64,000 nucleotides of DNA. It comes from Chiloscyllium plagiosum. Lineage: Eukaryota. The DNA is taken from assembly GCF_004010195.1 (NCBI RefSeq), contig NC_057756.1, positions 5,860,257 to 5,924,256 on the forward strand. Direction: 5' to 3'. A program made the translations under genes and the position numbers. The notes beneath the pieces were generated by a model. The model saw only the letters and a list, made by a program, of their open reading frames with translations, was not told the DNA's origin and did no database searches. Numbering within the stretch: position 1 is the stretch's first letter; every line of letters begins with the position of its first letter. Shown here piece by piece: positions 1 to 12,153 of the stretch.

Positions 1-404
1 CCCCACGTAATATTACGACATTTCAAACGCTCGCCCAAGCATCTTTTTAAAGGTTTCCTGTCTGAACTGCCCACCCAGCCTGTAGATTCAGACCCCTGTC
101 ACCCCTGGTGAAAATATCCTCAACTCCCCCTCTGAGCCCCTGCCTTTCACTTAAAAATGACCCTCCACCCCTCTTATTATTGACAGTTTGACTGAGGGCA
201 GCAGCTGCTTCCCATTTTCCCCACCCCGCCCATGCCCCTCATAATCTTATGCCCCTCAACCTTCTCGGCTCCCACGTTTATCCAGCCTCGCTACATCACC
301 GATCTGCTCAGTCCCAGGCAGCATCCGGGTAAATCCCCCCCCTGCCGCACCCCCACCCAGTCCAATCACATCCTTCCCACAGTGCTCCAACGGTGTCCTC
401 GTCA

Positions 405-885
405 AAGGCAGACACCATGCAAACAGACCCTTCGGTCCATCCAGCCCGTACTCGCCCTAATCCCAAACTAACCCAGTCCCACCTGCCTGCTCCTGGCCCA
501 TGTCTCTCCAAACCTTTCCTATTCACGTCCTTATCTAAATGTCTTTTAAACATAATAACTGTCCCCACATCCACCACTTCCTCAGCAAGTTCAGTCTACA
601 CATGGAAAAACAAAGTTTTAAAAAAAAGAAATTCCCTCATGTCTTTTTAAAATCTTTCCCCTCTCACCTTCAACCTCTGCCCTTCTCGTTCCCTCTCCTC
701 TCCTGGGAAAAGACCCTGTCCATGCCCCTCGTGATTTTCTAAACCTCGAGAAGGTCACCCCTCAGCCTCTGATGCTGCAGGGGAAAAAGTCCCAACCTGT
801 TCAGCCTCTCCCCATAGCTGAAACCCTCGATTCCCAGCAACATCCTGGTCAATCTGCTCTGAAGCCTCTCCATCTTAATAACAGC
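405..885 (-). mobile_element. CR1-type LINE 3' fragment
   Basis: Minus-strand translations RLTRMLLGIEGFSYGERLNRLGLFPLQHQRLRGDL and FKRHLDK match the CR1 RT C-terminus; CR1-type 3' tail follows. Confidence 0.85.
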
Positions 886-1547
886 TCCACCATAACCTCC
901 CACTCTTCTCATCCATTTTTCCCAAAGACAAGAGTCCAAAATTACTTCGTGTAACTGCTGCCAACAGTTGGTTAAGGACGCAGGCTACCATGGCCGGGGG
1001 GAGGGGGGGGGGAAGGTTTCACCAAACCCTTGGGGAAGAGCACGTGGACATCTTCCGGACAGAGGATCAAGCTCTGTGTGACACAGCTGGATCCCAAGAG
1101 TAACATTCTCTGGCTCAGTGCAGGTTGAAGAATGATGGGGCTTAGTGGGCAGTGGAGAGAGTGATCTGCTTCCTGTTACTCTCCCCTGGGACACGGGGGG
1201 AATCGGGAGGTGGCAACAGCAGCTGGAGATGGGCAGAGAGAAACCAGCAAGCAATACAAGCTGCTGAAATGGCATCAGGGCAGCGTGAGAGGGAGGAGGG
1301 AGCGTTACAGTCAGGTGGATGTGGAGGGTCAGGGAATAAATAGGTTATTGGCACAGACCTCTTGAGAAGGTAGTGAACTAACCACAGAGGGTGCCTGGAG
1401 AGCAGTGCATGGAGGGTCTGCCCTCAAACCAGGAACTGGATGTAAGGGTCAGTGGCAGGTCGGCTGGACAGTAATGGCGGCCATTCAGCCTGCTTCCCCA
1501 TTCTAGCTCCTGGCTGAGGATGTACCTGAATGCTGTGTCCCAGGCTA

Positions 1548-1602
1548 TTGTCAATGCTAACAGTCCCTTGTCAATGCTAACAGTCCCTTGTCAATGCTAA
1601 CA
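1548..1602. repeat. 20-bp tandem repeat (~2.7 copies)
   Basis: ttgtcaatgctaacagtccc starts at 1548, 1568 and 1588. Confidence 0.95.
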
Positions 1603-2066
1603 AGCCATCAATCTCTTACCGTTGAACCTGCCCTCTGGGGTCAAGAAATCCAGACTCCCCAGCGTCTGCATGAACAAATCCCTGCTTGTCTCAGTTCTGC
1701 TTTTACACGAGTGGTGCCTCAAACAGGAAGTTGTGATGAGATTACCTACAACCTGTTCAGCAACTTCCTTTCATCCTAATATGATCTTACCTTGCCTGTT
1801 TAGCCACAGCGCGCTCGCTTCCTACTGAGAGATTTTTGCCTTCAAAGAATGTGTTTCTGAAAACCAAAATGAACTCTTGAACCATCAGCCACCTTCCACG
1901 TGCTGTCCCCTGCTGCCAAAAACCTGCTCATACCTTCTTCATTGTCAGAGAGGTTTACAGCATGGAAACAGGCCCTTCGGCCCAACTGGGCCATGCCGCC
2001 CAGTTTTCACAATGAAATCTAGTCCCGTTTGCCTGTGTTTGGTCCATACCATACTGTCCACGTGGT

Positions 2067-2175
2067 AAAAGTGAGGACTGCAGGTGCTGGTGATCAGAGT
2101 TGAGATTGTGGTGCTGGAAACGCACGGCAGGTCAGGCAGCATCCGAGGAGCAGGAGAATCGACGTTTTGGGCATC
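2067..2175 (-). mobile_element. Penelope pLTR fragment (family A)
   Basis: Same sequence (gcaggtcaggcagcatccgaggagcaggagaatcgacgttt) as the terminus of the PLE at 26465-26600. Confidence 0.8.
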
Positions 2176-3054
2176 ATACTGGCACTAGAAGTCCAGCATT
2201 CCCGAGAGTCTATAAGTCTCCTCTTAACGTGAAAAAGAAAAGGTTTATTGAACAAGGAAGAAAAACCTAGACAAGTTGGACGGATTTTAATAAAACGCTA
2301 GCAAAAAAGATTCAAACACTCACTATTCCCTGTGATGTGCTCCCAAACATCTCAACCCCAGTGTGCAGTCACCATTGTCTCCACACCTAGACTTGTTGCT
2401 GCAACTTGCATGGCCAAACGTCGTTTCCTTCCAGCGCATTTTGCAGCATTCGCTCAAGATTTCTTCAGATGGTCCCTCTCACTGAAATACCTCGAACAAA
2501 CTGCAAATTAAACTGGGTGAAATGCGCTGAAGCTGAAGTCCCACGCCTCCACTGCTTGTGCTGTTATTTGTCAAGAACCAATTACTTCTGTTTTGTACTA
2601 TGGTCAAATTAAAGGTCTCGAGGCTTCTTTCAACTCAAAGTCATTCCTTTATCGTTTTCAAAGTGTATTCGTAAAGCAGGAGGTAATCTCTGGTTAACAC
2701 CTCAGCGGTGATAAGCAAGCGCTATTCTCGGAGAGAGAATGTCACTTCTCGCATTTGCTCTGATTGCTGGTTGTGCAAAACAGATATCTTTGCTTAGCTC
2801 TTTGCCAATTCCACTGACTTCCAGTCTTAAACCACACACTCAACTGTTGACTGCAGTTTTCAAGAAATCACAGGGCACAATTATTCCCCCTCAAGAACGT
2901 GCAAATTGTCCAACATCTTTCATGGCTTGTCCTTGGTTAATAGATATCTGTTCCCAACATCACCATTAATTTAACTTCAGAGGAAACACAAGTTTCTTCA
3001 ACTGGCTTTTTTGTAGCATCTTAGAGGTGAGTTTAACTTTCATGTTTCTATCCT

Positions 3055-4115
3055 CTGATACCAAAATTGGAGGTGTAGTGGACAGCGAAGAAGGTCACCT
3101 CAGATTACAACAGGATCTGGACCAGATGGGCCAATGGGCTGAGAAGTGGCAGATGGAGTTTAATTCAGATAAATGAGAGGTGCTGCACTTTGGGAAAGCA
3201 AATCTTAGCAGGACTTATACACTTAATGGTAAGGTCCTAGGGAGTGTTGCTGAATAAAGAGACCTTGGAGTGCAGGTTCATAGCTCCTTGAAAGTGGAGT
3301 CACAGGTAGATAGGATAGTGAAGAAGACTTTCCTTTATTGGTCAGAGTATTGAGTACAGGAGTTGGGAGGTCATGTTGCAGCTGTACAGGACATTAGGGC
3401 ACTTTCAGAATACTGAATGAAATTCCTGTCTCCCTGCTATAGGAAGGATGTTGTGAAACTTGAAAAGGTTCAGAAAAGATTTGCAAGGATGTTGCCAGAG
3501 TTGGAGGGTTTGAGATACAGGGAGAGGCTGAATAGGCTGAGGGGTGACCTTATAATGGTTTATAAAATCTTAAGGGGCATGGATAGCCAAGGTCTTTACC
3601 CTGGGGTAGGGGGAGTCCAAAACTCGAGGGCAAATGGTTTAAGGTGAGAGGGGAAAGATTTAAAAGGGAGCGAAGGGGTAACTTTTTCACACAGAGGGTG
3701 CTGCGGTTATGGAGTGAGCTGTCAGAGGAAGTTGTGGAGGCTGGTACAATTACAGCATTTCGAAGGCATCTGGATGAGTATATGAATAGCAAAGGTTTAG
3801 AGGGATATGGGGAGAAAGTGAGGTCTGGAGATCAGAGCTGAAAATGTGTTGCTGGAAAAGCGCAGCAGGTCAGGCAGCATCCAAGGAACAGGAGAATCGA
3901 CGTTTCGGGCATAAGCCCTTCCTGAAGAAGAAACGTCGATTCTCCTGTTCCCTGGATGCTGCCTGATCTGCTGCGCTTTTCCAGCAACACATTTTCAGCT
4001 TAGAGGGATATGGGCCAAGTGCTGGCAAATGGGACTAGATTAATTTAGGATATCAGGTTGGTGTGAATGAGTTGGACTGAAGCGTCTGTTTCTGTGCTGT
4101 ACATCTGTATGACTG
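3055..4115 (+). mobile_element. CR1 LINE 3' ~1 kb, interrupted by an HHR element
   Basis: DTKIGGVVDSEEG, KWQMEFN, VQKRFARMLPELEGL and GNFFTQRV motifs; short-repeat tail. Confidence 0.9.
3811..3999. mobile_element. Fold-back Penelope pLTR/HHR insertion
   Basis: Inverted arms; 14-bp direct repeat ttagagggatatgg at 3797-3810 and 4000-4013. Confidence 0.85.
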
Positions 4116-4464
4116 TGTAAGACCCACTGATGTCAGGGTTTCTGTGTGGCCCTGGGCCATTGTCAGTGGTCACAGTTTTATTTTAGAAACCTTCAGTCAC
4201 TAAACCCCATCTCTTCAATTCCAGCGTTATAAAACCTCTTTAAAAATACACAGAAGCAAACAGGGCATCCTGTCCCTAAGCTCTACACAGTTTGAAACTA
4301 AAATTGTGTTTCCTTTACACAGAAAGTACAAAATGAAAATCCAACAAAATGACGTGCCATTCTTAACGAGTGGAGTGGGGCAAATATTATCTCAGTGGAG
4401 GCAAACGTTTCTGGGAGGGGGGGTGTTGACTGTGATGGACTACTGAGAGAACTGAGTCAATATC

Positions 4465-5105
4465 GAATTTGAATTTATTAAAGTTATTGTCACGTGTACT
4501 GAGGCACATTGAAAAGCTTTGTCTTGCGAGTAATACAGGCAGATCATATAGTTCAATAGCATAGACAAGTCAATAATAGATAAACAGCAGCAAAAACCAA
4601 AACACTGTTACAGGTGAATGTTAAGTGTTTGTGAGGCCGATCAGTGTTCTAACAGCAGGAGGGTAGAAGCTGTTACGAAACCGGCTGGTGCGTGTGTTCA
4701 GGTTTCTGTACCTTCTCCCCGATGGTAGAGGTTGTAGAGAAACATTGCCAGGGTGGGTTGGAGCTTTGAGAACGCTGGCGGCCTTTCCTTGACAACGGGC
4801 CTGGGAGATGGATTCTGTAGATGGGAGGTTGGCCTTTGTGATCGTCCGGGCCGAGTTCCCCACTCTCTGTAACCGTCTCCGATCTTGAATGGTACAGTTG
4901 CCATACCAGGTACTGACACATCCAGGGGCCGAGTTCCCCACTCTCTGTAACCGTCTCCGATCTTGAATGGTACAGTTGCCGTACCAGGTACTGACACATC
5001 CAGACAGGATGCTCTCGATGGGGCACCTATAAAAGCTGGCATGGGTATTGGCCATCATACCAAATTTCCTCAGCTGCGTGAGGGAGAAGAGACATCGCTG
5101 GGCCT
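4465..5105 (-). mobile_element. Rex1/Babar-type LINE 3' fragment
   Basis: FYRCPIESILSGCVSTWYGNC...LPSGRRYR...TSRFRNSFYP is typical of the Rex1/Babar RT C-terminus. Confidence 0.8.
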
Positions 5106-5724
5106 TTGTCTGCAGTTCAGGAGAATGGGTGGGGATTTCATTGAGAGAAGGTTCTGTCGGGGCTTGATGGGGGAAACATGCAAAGCAATTGTCTTACTCC
5201 CCCACCCCAATTAGACAATCTGGAACATGAGGAATCGGGACAGGGAATATCATAGTCTCAGGAGGACTTTGGACTGAGATGAGGAAACGTTCCTTCCCTC
5301 AGACATTGAGAGCCTTCAGAAACCTCAGTCCCATCATTGAGTATTTTTAGTGCTGGGATCTGACAGACCAAGATTCGAGGAGCTGGTGGGAAAACCAGAG
5401 TTGAAGCCGAAGGTCAGCCAGTAATTCAATGGGCCAAATGGCCTGTTGTGCTGCTGCTAGGATTGATGGAGTTGATACGAGACTAGGGACAGGATTGGGT
5501 CTCTCCTCCTCCATCAACAAATGTCAGACAGCCGCAGAGTTTGACTCAGGAATGGTTTTCACCCAGACCTGCGTGAGGAATCCTGGCCGGCCAGGAAAAT
5601 CCAGGCTGATTCCAACCCTCAGGACCAGATGAACGTGTCCCTGTTATCTATCTGTGGAACTGGGCACAGGATGGGATGGGAAGACAGTCACTAAGAAATC
5701 CAGTTGAGGAATAGTGATGATTAG

Positions 5725-5925
5725 TCTAAAGATGTGCAGGTTGGGGTGTGTTGGCCATGCTAAATTGCCCATAGTGTCCAGGGATGTGCTTGCTAGATAG
5801 GTTAGCCATGCAGGGTTACAGGGATAGGGTCAGCGATGGATCTGGCTCAGATGCTCTTCGGAGGGTGAGTCCAGTCTCAGTGGGTCGAATGGCTTGCTTC
5901 CACACTTGTGGGGATTCTATGATTC
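5725..5925 (+). mobile_element. HE1/V-SINE-like fragment (old)
   Basis: aaagatgtgcagg...ggccatgctaaattgccc core plus CR1-like tail. Confidence 0.7.
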
Positions 5926-6889
5926 AGGAGTGATAGAGAAAGGGGAGAACACAGTGTCAACTGCTAAAATTCTCATGGTACATGGACATTCTCTCAGCTT
6001 TGTCACCTCTCCCCTGTGAATTGGTGTGGGAAAAGATCTGCTCCCCCCCCACAACATGGCCACACAGAAAACCAAGCCTGTCCAAACCAGACAAGAAACA
6101 CCCAGAATACCTCAGCATTGACCAAACCAGACACGACCACAGTCACTCGCAGACCAGGGACAGCCTGACAATCAGCTTCCTGGACCCGATACACACAGCT
6201 GTCCCAATGCCCTGAGGGCAGTCTCGGACCCCAGTGACACCAAAACCACACAAAGGACAGCTCAGACAGAGAGCTACCAGAATACCTCGCTCCCAGGAGA
6301 GCAACAATGGAAGCACCTTACTGCCGAGAGCAGGGACACCCTCACCTCCCCTCGAAGAGAGCTGGAATCTCCTGATCCCATTAAGAGCTGATGGATGCTG
6401 CCAGACACTTCATTGGATTGACCTTCAGCACATCCTTCTGATAACTGCTCTGCGGTTCTCACCACCGGAACTGGATTACTTGACTATCAAGATCATTGTA
6501 TTTTCCTATTTTCAATTAGCAATGTTGTACAGCATTCCGATAAAAACTGACTTGTTTCGCTGCCCAGGGAAGGGAATCCTTAATCTACCTGTGCGGACCG
6601 TCAGTTCTGGGCCAGCCTCATCAATTTCTCTTCCAGCCATATCGTTTGTAATAAACAGCTTGTCAATTTCACCCGATCTGCGCTGGTGTGGGCTTTGATT
6701 TATTGGGCTAATTTCTCTGACCATTGGATAAATGAAGATTAACAGTATGTAAGAGGATGGAGGAGTCACTCATACCGATTTGCAATCGATGATTGTCATC
6801 TACGCAAAAGATGACGCACAAAAGCTATTTTTGCTTTATCTTTTTTTACAACGCACAATGTGGCTGCTGTTGAGCACGGAATTTCCAGG

Positions 6890-7188
6890 GATTAGACTAG
6901 ATTACTTACAGTGTGGAAACAGGCCCTTCGGCCCAACAAGTCCAGACCGACCCGCCGAAGCGCAACCCACCCATACCCCTACATTTACCCCTTACCTAAC
7001 ACTACGGGCAATTTAGCATGGCCAATTCACCCGACCCTGCACATCTTTGGACTGTGGGAGGAAACCGGAGCACCCGGGGACACGGGGAGAACGTGCAAAC
7101 TCCACACAGTCAGTCGCCTGAGGCGGGAATTGAACCTGGGTCTCTGGCGCTGTGAGGCAGCAGTGCTAACCACTGTGCCACCTTGCCG
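6890..7188 (-). mobile_element. HE1-type V-SINE
   Basis: tRNA-like head (tggttagcactgctgcctcacagc, ggttcaattcc B box), V core, CR1-derived tail ending in (aatct)n. Confidence 0.9.
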
Positions 7189-7269
7189 CTTTTCTCCTGG
7201 ATGACCAGAAGAAAAGCGGACCCATAGCCTCTCAGAACGCCACACCTCCCATTTGTATAAACATTACAG

Positions 7270-7790
7270 TGACATAGGTCTGGAAACCATTGAAACTCTT
7301 TATGGGCTAATGAGGTGAAATGAGCAGTAGGACCCTGGGAAACATTGAGGATCAGAGGAACATTGGTGTTCATGTCCACCAGTCCCTTAAGGTGTCAGGG
7401 CAGGTGGATGAAGACATCTAGGATATTTGCCTTTATTAACTGAGGCACAGAGTTGAAAAGCAGGGAGGTGATGCTGGAACAGTGTAAAACATTAGTTAGG
7501 CAAGTATTGTGGTATCCACGTTGTGGGAGGGTTGGGATAACACTGGGAGAGGGTGTACAGGGAGATTTACCAGGATGTTGCCTTGGGGGGGGGGCGGAGA
7601 GTTTCAGGGATGGGGAGAGATTGGACAGACAGGGTTGTTACCCTCAGAGGGGAGAGAGAGGTGGACGTGATTGAGATGTATAAAATGATGAGGGGCAGTG
7701 GTGGGTAGACAGAAGGAAACCTTTCACCTTTGATGGAGGGATAGGTGACCCAGGGAGGATGTCAACGAGACAAGGTTCAGTAGGGGTTTG
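7270..7790 (+). mobile_element. Degraded CR1 3' fragment
   Basis: KSREVMLEQCKTLVR and RFTRMLP-like remnants. Confidence 0.7.
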
Positions 7791-7845
7791 ATGAGGGACA
7801 CGCAAAGCAATCATCTCACTTCCCCCAGGAGAAAGGGAGGACGGA

Positions 7846-8030
7846 TTAGAGCCAAGAGTGTGGTGCTGGAAAAGCCCAGCAGGTCAGGCAGCATCCGAGG
7901 AGCAGGAGAATCGATGTTTCAGGCATAAGTTCTTCTTCAGGAATTCCTGATGAAGGGCTTATGCCCGAAACGTTGATTCTCCTGCTCCTCGGATGCTGCC
8001 TGACCTGCTGGACTTTTCCAGCACCACACT
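7846..8030. mobile_element. Palindromic Penelope pLTR/HHR element
   Basis: Arms of ~85 bp are inverted about ggaattcc (7940-7947); HHR core on the + arm. Confidence 0.9.
7947..7974 (+). ncRNA. Minimal hammerhead ribozyme motif, family A
   Basis: CTGATGA-a-GGGC-ttat-GCCC-GAAA-CGTT. Confidence 0.75.
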
Positions 8031-8059
8031 CCCGTCTCGCTTCCCCCACCCAATACGGA

Positions 8060-9115
8060 GTTTTGGGATTGAAGTGATTTAGCGGTTCGGATCAGGAATT
8101 GGCTAGCTGAAAGAAGACAGAGGGTGGTGGTTGATGGGAAATGTTCATCCTGGAGCTCAGTTACCAGTGGTGTGCCGCAAGGATCTGTTTTGAGGCCACT
8201 GCTGTTTGTCATTTTTATAAATGATCTGGATGTGGACGTAGAAGGATAGGTTAGTCAATTTGCGGATGAGACTAAGATAGTCAGAGTTGTGAATAGTGCC
8301 AAAGGATGTTGCCAAAGGATGTTGTGGTTACGAGGGTCATAGATAAGATGCAAAGCTGGGCTGAGATGTGGCAAATGGAGTTTAATGTGGGAAAGTGTGA
8401 GGTAGTTCACTTCGGAAGAAATAACAGGAATGCAGAGTGCTGGGCTAATGGTAAAATTCTTGGCAGTGTAGATGAACAGAGAGATCACGGTGTCCAGGTG
8501 CATAAATCCCTGAAAATTGCCAACCAGGTTGATAGGGTTGTTAAGAAGGCATATGATGTGTTGACGTTTATTAGTTGGGGGATTGAGTTTTGGAGCCATG
8601 GGGTCATGCTTCAGCTATACACGACACGGGTAATGCCACACCTGGAGTATTGCATGCAGTTCTGGTCACTGCATTATAGGAAGGATGAGGATGCTTTGGA
8701 AAGGGTTCAGAGAAGATTTACTAGGATGTTGCCTGGTATGGATGGGAGGTCTAATAAGGAAAGGCTGAGGGAACTGAAGCTGTTTTCATTGGAGAGAAGA
8801 AGGTTGAGAGGTGACTTAATCGAGGCAAATAAGATAATCAAAGGGTTAGATAGGGTGGACAGTGAGAGCCTTTTTCCTCGGATGGTGAAGGCTAACATGA
8901 GGGGACATAACTTTAAATTGAGGGAAGGTAGATTTAGGACATATATCAGGGGTAGTCTCTTCACTTGGAGAGTTGTAGGGGCATGGAACGGTCTTCCTGG
9001 GCATAGGACATACATATGGAATGGTGCAGGTTAGATGGGCATCAGATTAATTTCACAGGTCAACGCAACATTGAGGGCCAAGGGGCCTGTACTGCACTGT
9101 AATGTTTTATGATCT
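8060..9115 (+). mobile_element. CR1 LINE 3' fragment
   Basis: ORF 8306-9034 encodes CR1 RT C-terminus (WQMEFNVGKCEVVHFG, PHLEYC, RRRLRGDLI). Confidence 0.92.
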
Positions 9116-9724
9116 ATCACAATCAGAGAATCTGGAACACTAGGGAGGGGGACTATCACAGCCTCAGGAGAAGGATCAATCACTTCAGACCGAGATGAGG
9201 CATTCCTTCCCTCAGAAGTTTGACAGCCTTTCGAAACCTCAGTCCGAGAGGGTTGCTGATGCTCTGTCATTGAATATATTTAAGGCTGGTATCCACCTGA
9301 CCGAGATTTGAGGAACGGGCAGGAAAATGGAGGATGACAGAGGGAGGTGAGGAAAACCGTTTTCACCCAGAGGCTGGTGGGGAATCTGGAACTGGCTGCC
9401 CGTCAGGGTGGGAGAGGCAGAAACTCTTCATCACATCGAAGGAGGGTTTCGATGTGATGCTATGGGCCAAGTGCTTGGAAAAGGGGATTCAAATAGTTAG
9501 ATGGTTGAACCTGTCTTGGGCTGAGGGCCTGTTTCTGTCCTGTAGATAAATCTGACTTCATGGTTCCCACGGTTACCTGAAACATAAACCAAACAGCGCC
9601 CACATCAGTTTCAGTGAGAGGCATTAGATGCCACATGACTGAAAATTGTGGTTTCTCTGTAGATTTAATTGTATGCTCTGCTCAAACTGAGTTTTAAACA
9701 TCCAACTCCATGTTCAGATAAAGC

Positions 9725-10040
9725 CTTTTTTTATTAATTCATTCACAGGATGAGGGTATTGCTAGCTCAGGCAGCCTTTATTACTCCAGTTGTTGGGGGT
9801 CTGGAGTCACATGTAGGCCGCACCCAGTAAAGATGGCAGATTTCCTTCCCGGAAGGGCTTTAGTGAACCAGATGGAGTTATCCCAATAACTGGCAGTAGA
9901 TCCATGACCATTAGACACTTAACCCCAAGTTTTCATGGAATTCAAGTTCCACTATGTACTGGTGGCAAGATTCAAAGCCGGGTCCCCAGAGCATTACCTG
10001 GATTATAGTCCAGTGATGATACCATGAGAGCATTGGTTGC
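9725..10040 (-). mobile_element. Deu-domain SINE (SacSINE1/AmnSINE-like)
   Basis: Minus strand carries ggaaatctgccatctttactggg...ggcctacatgtgactccagacc; paralogous to 51367 and 59655 copies. Confidence 0.7.
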
Positions 10041-10739
10041 TTTTGAGACCGGATTTCCAACTAGAATCCTGCATTTTCCTGACAAATGAAGAAATTCCCA
10101 GTCTGTAGGATAATCTCACGCTGCCTTTAACTGCGTCCATTTTCAAATGAATTCTGATGATAAGAAAGTCCCAGCAGCTGTGAAACCTTCACTCCCAGCG
10201 AAGGATTTGATTTACCAGCCTCTCATTCACACAAACTAATAGCCATTTTGGCTTTTATGATAATCATAACTTGTGACACCTTTACTTGTGCACTTCTGTG
10301 TGATGTGAAAATTATCCCAGGCCCCCTCCCCCACTTCCCAGTTTTCAGTTCTTAGAGCAGCCACTCTTTGTGTGTTTAACCCTGAAGAGATTTTGTTGTT
10401 GAAGAAAAAAAAAGGGATTGTACCAAAAACAGGGATGGTTTTGACGGAATATTACATGACAGGGGAAAGACGTAAATGGCGAAGAGAAATATAGAACAGT
10501 AAAAGGATTCAGTACATCTCTGCCTCTTGTCCCTGATGCTGATATACAGTGTGGGTGCTTGTATATGTCAGCTCTCACACCGGGTATAAATCCTAATTTG
10601 AGTAAAACTCATATCCAACTGACAGTCTGAAGTTTAACATTCTCAGCTTGGCTATTGCTGAGATCTCACTGCTTCTCAACTTCTAGCTGCCTGGCTCCTA
10701 AATTCTCAAACCCTGTGGCAAAAACCCCATCTGTCACTA

Positions 10740-10832
10740 TTTCTCTCTCTCTCTCTCTTTTCTCTGTTTCTCTCCTGGTCTCCCACTCTCTCTCTCTTTC
10801 TTTCTCTCTCTGTCTCCCTGTCTCTCTCTCTC
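10740..10832. repeat. (CT)n-rich microsatellite
   Basis: Imperfect CT run adjoining the gap. Confidence 0.9.
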
Positions 10833-10848
10833 TTCCCCCCCCACCGTC

Positions 10849-11348
10849 NNNNNNNNNNNNNNNNNNNNNNNNNNNNNNNNNNNNNNNNNNNNNNNNNNNN
10901 NNNNNNNNNNNNNNNNNNNNNNNNNNNNNNNNNNNNNNNNNNNNNNNNNNNNNNNNNNNNNNNNNNNNNNNNNNNNNNNNNNNNNNNNNNNNNNNNNNNN
11001 NNNNNNNNNNNNNNNNNNNNNNNNNNNNNNNNNNNNNNNNNNNNNNNNNNNNNNNNNNNNNNNNNNNNNNNNNNNNNNNNNNNNNNNNNNNNNNNNNNNN
11101 NNNNNNNNNNNNNNNNNNNNNNNNNNNNNNNNNNNNNNNNNNNNNNNNNNNNNNNNNNNNNNNNNNNNNNNNNNNNNNNNNNNNNNNNNNNNNNNNNNNN
11201 NNNNNNNNNNNNNNNNNNNNNNNNNNNNNNNNNNNNNNNNNNNNNNNNNNNNNNNNNNNNNNNNNNNNNNNNNNNNNNNNNNNNNNNNNNNNNNNNNNNN
11301 NNNNNNNNNNNNNNNNNNNNNNNNNNNNNNNNNNNNNNNNNNNNNNNN
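10849..11348. other. Assembly gap (500 N)
   Basis: N run. Confidence 1.
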
Positions 11349-11838
11349 CTCACTACTTCAGGAAGTAAACTTCTCTCAAAGAACATCATATGTTTGATTC
11401 AGTTTCAATCCACTTCTCCACTTATCAAAATTACTTGGTTTGATCCTTTTAAAATCAATGTACATTAGACCAGTTTCCCTCCTTCAATTCTTGAAACATT
11501 GTGTGAGGCTTCTGGTACTAGCTCATACACACTTAAGATGGCATTTTCCTTCTCAGTATACTCCCTGGGTCTTTCTCAGCAATACCTCAATAGCTCAACC
11601 TATCAATTTTATTTGGATTAACAATATCCACCTGGTCACCAGCTATTTCATTTGTTTAACCTGTTTCTCAAATGCAATGAAAAAAGCTTCTACGTTGTTC
11701 TTGTCAAACTTAGGCAATGTTTGAATACAGTTAAGCAGATCCCCACCAGGCATTTGGCTACAAGGTATTTTCTCATCATCACAAAGCCTACTTTCTGCCT
11801 TCACCTTTGCTTGTTTAAGTCAATGTCCCTCTCTAATT

Positions 11839-12153
11839 TGCGGAACGTTTCAGAGAACACCTCTGGGACACCCGCACAAACCAACCCAACCACCCCGTGG
11901 CTCAACACTTCAACTCCCCCTCCCACTCCACCAAGGACATGAAGGTCCTTGGACTCCTCCATCACCAGACCATAAGTCACTCCTCCCTACCTTTTATCTT
12001 AGCCTGCTGGACACACTTTCCTCATTCCTGAAGAAGGGCTCATGCCCGAAACGTCGATTCTCCTGTTCCTTGGATGCTGCCTGACCTGCTGCCCTTTCCA
12101 GCAACAAATTTTCAGCTCTGATCTCCAGCATCTGCAGCCCTCACTTTCTCCTC
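11839..12153 (+). mobile_element. Truncated Penelope (GIY-YIG end plus pLTR)
   Basis: RFREHLWD...HFNSPSHS remnant, pLTR, and 14-bp TSD gtccctctctaatt (11825-11838 and 12154-12167). Confidence 0.85.
12028..12055 (+). ncRNA. Minimal hammerhead ribozyme motif, family A
   Basis: CTGAAGA-a-GGGC-tcat-GCCC-GAAA-CGTC. Confidence 0.8.

Noticed and set aside
5982..6480. Low-complexity Pro/Ser/Thr-rich ORFs
   Set aside because: Frames are broken and no family could be assigned; possibly a retroelement remnant.
6911..7204. Recurrent MWKQALRPNK... ORFs (also 22555, 31139, 32448)
   Set aside because: Antisense translations of HE1 SINEs, not a gene family.
8306..9034. 242-aa ORF as a host gene
   Set aside because: Truncated CR1 RT C-terminus.
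10655..11389. Long ORFs of 227-237 aa (also 44745-45730)
   Set aside because: Artefacts of translating through N gaps and microsatellite.
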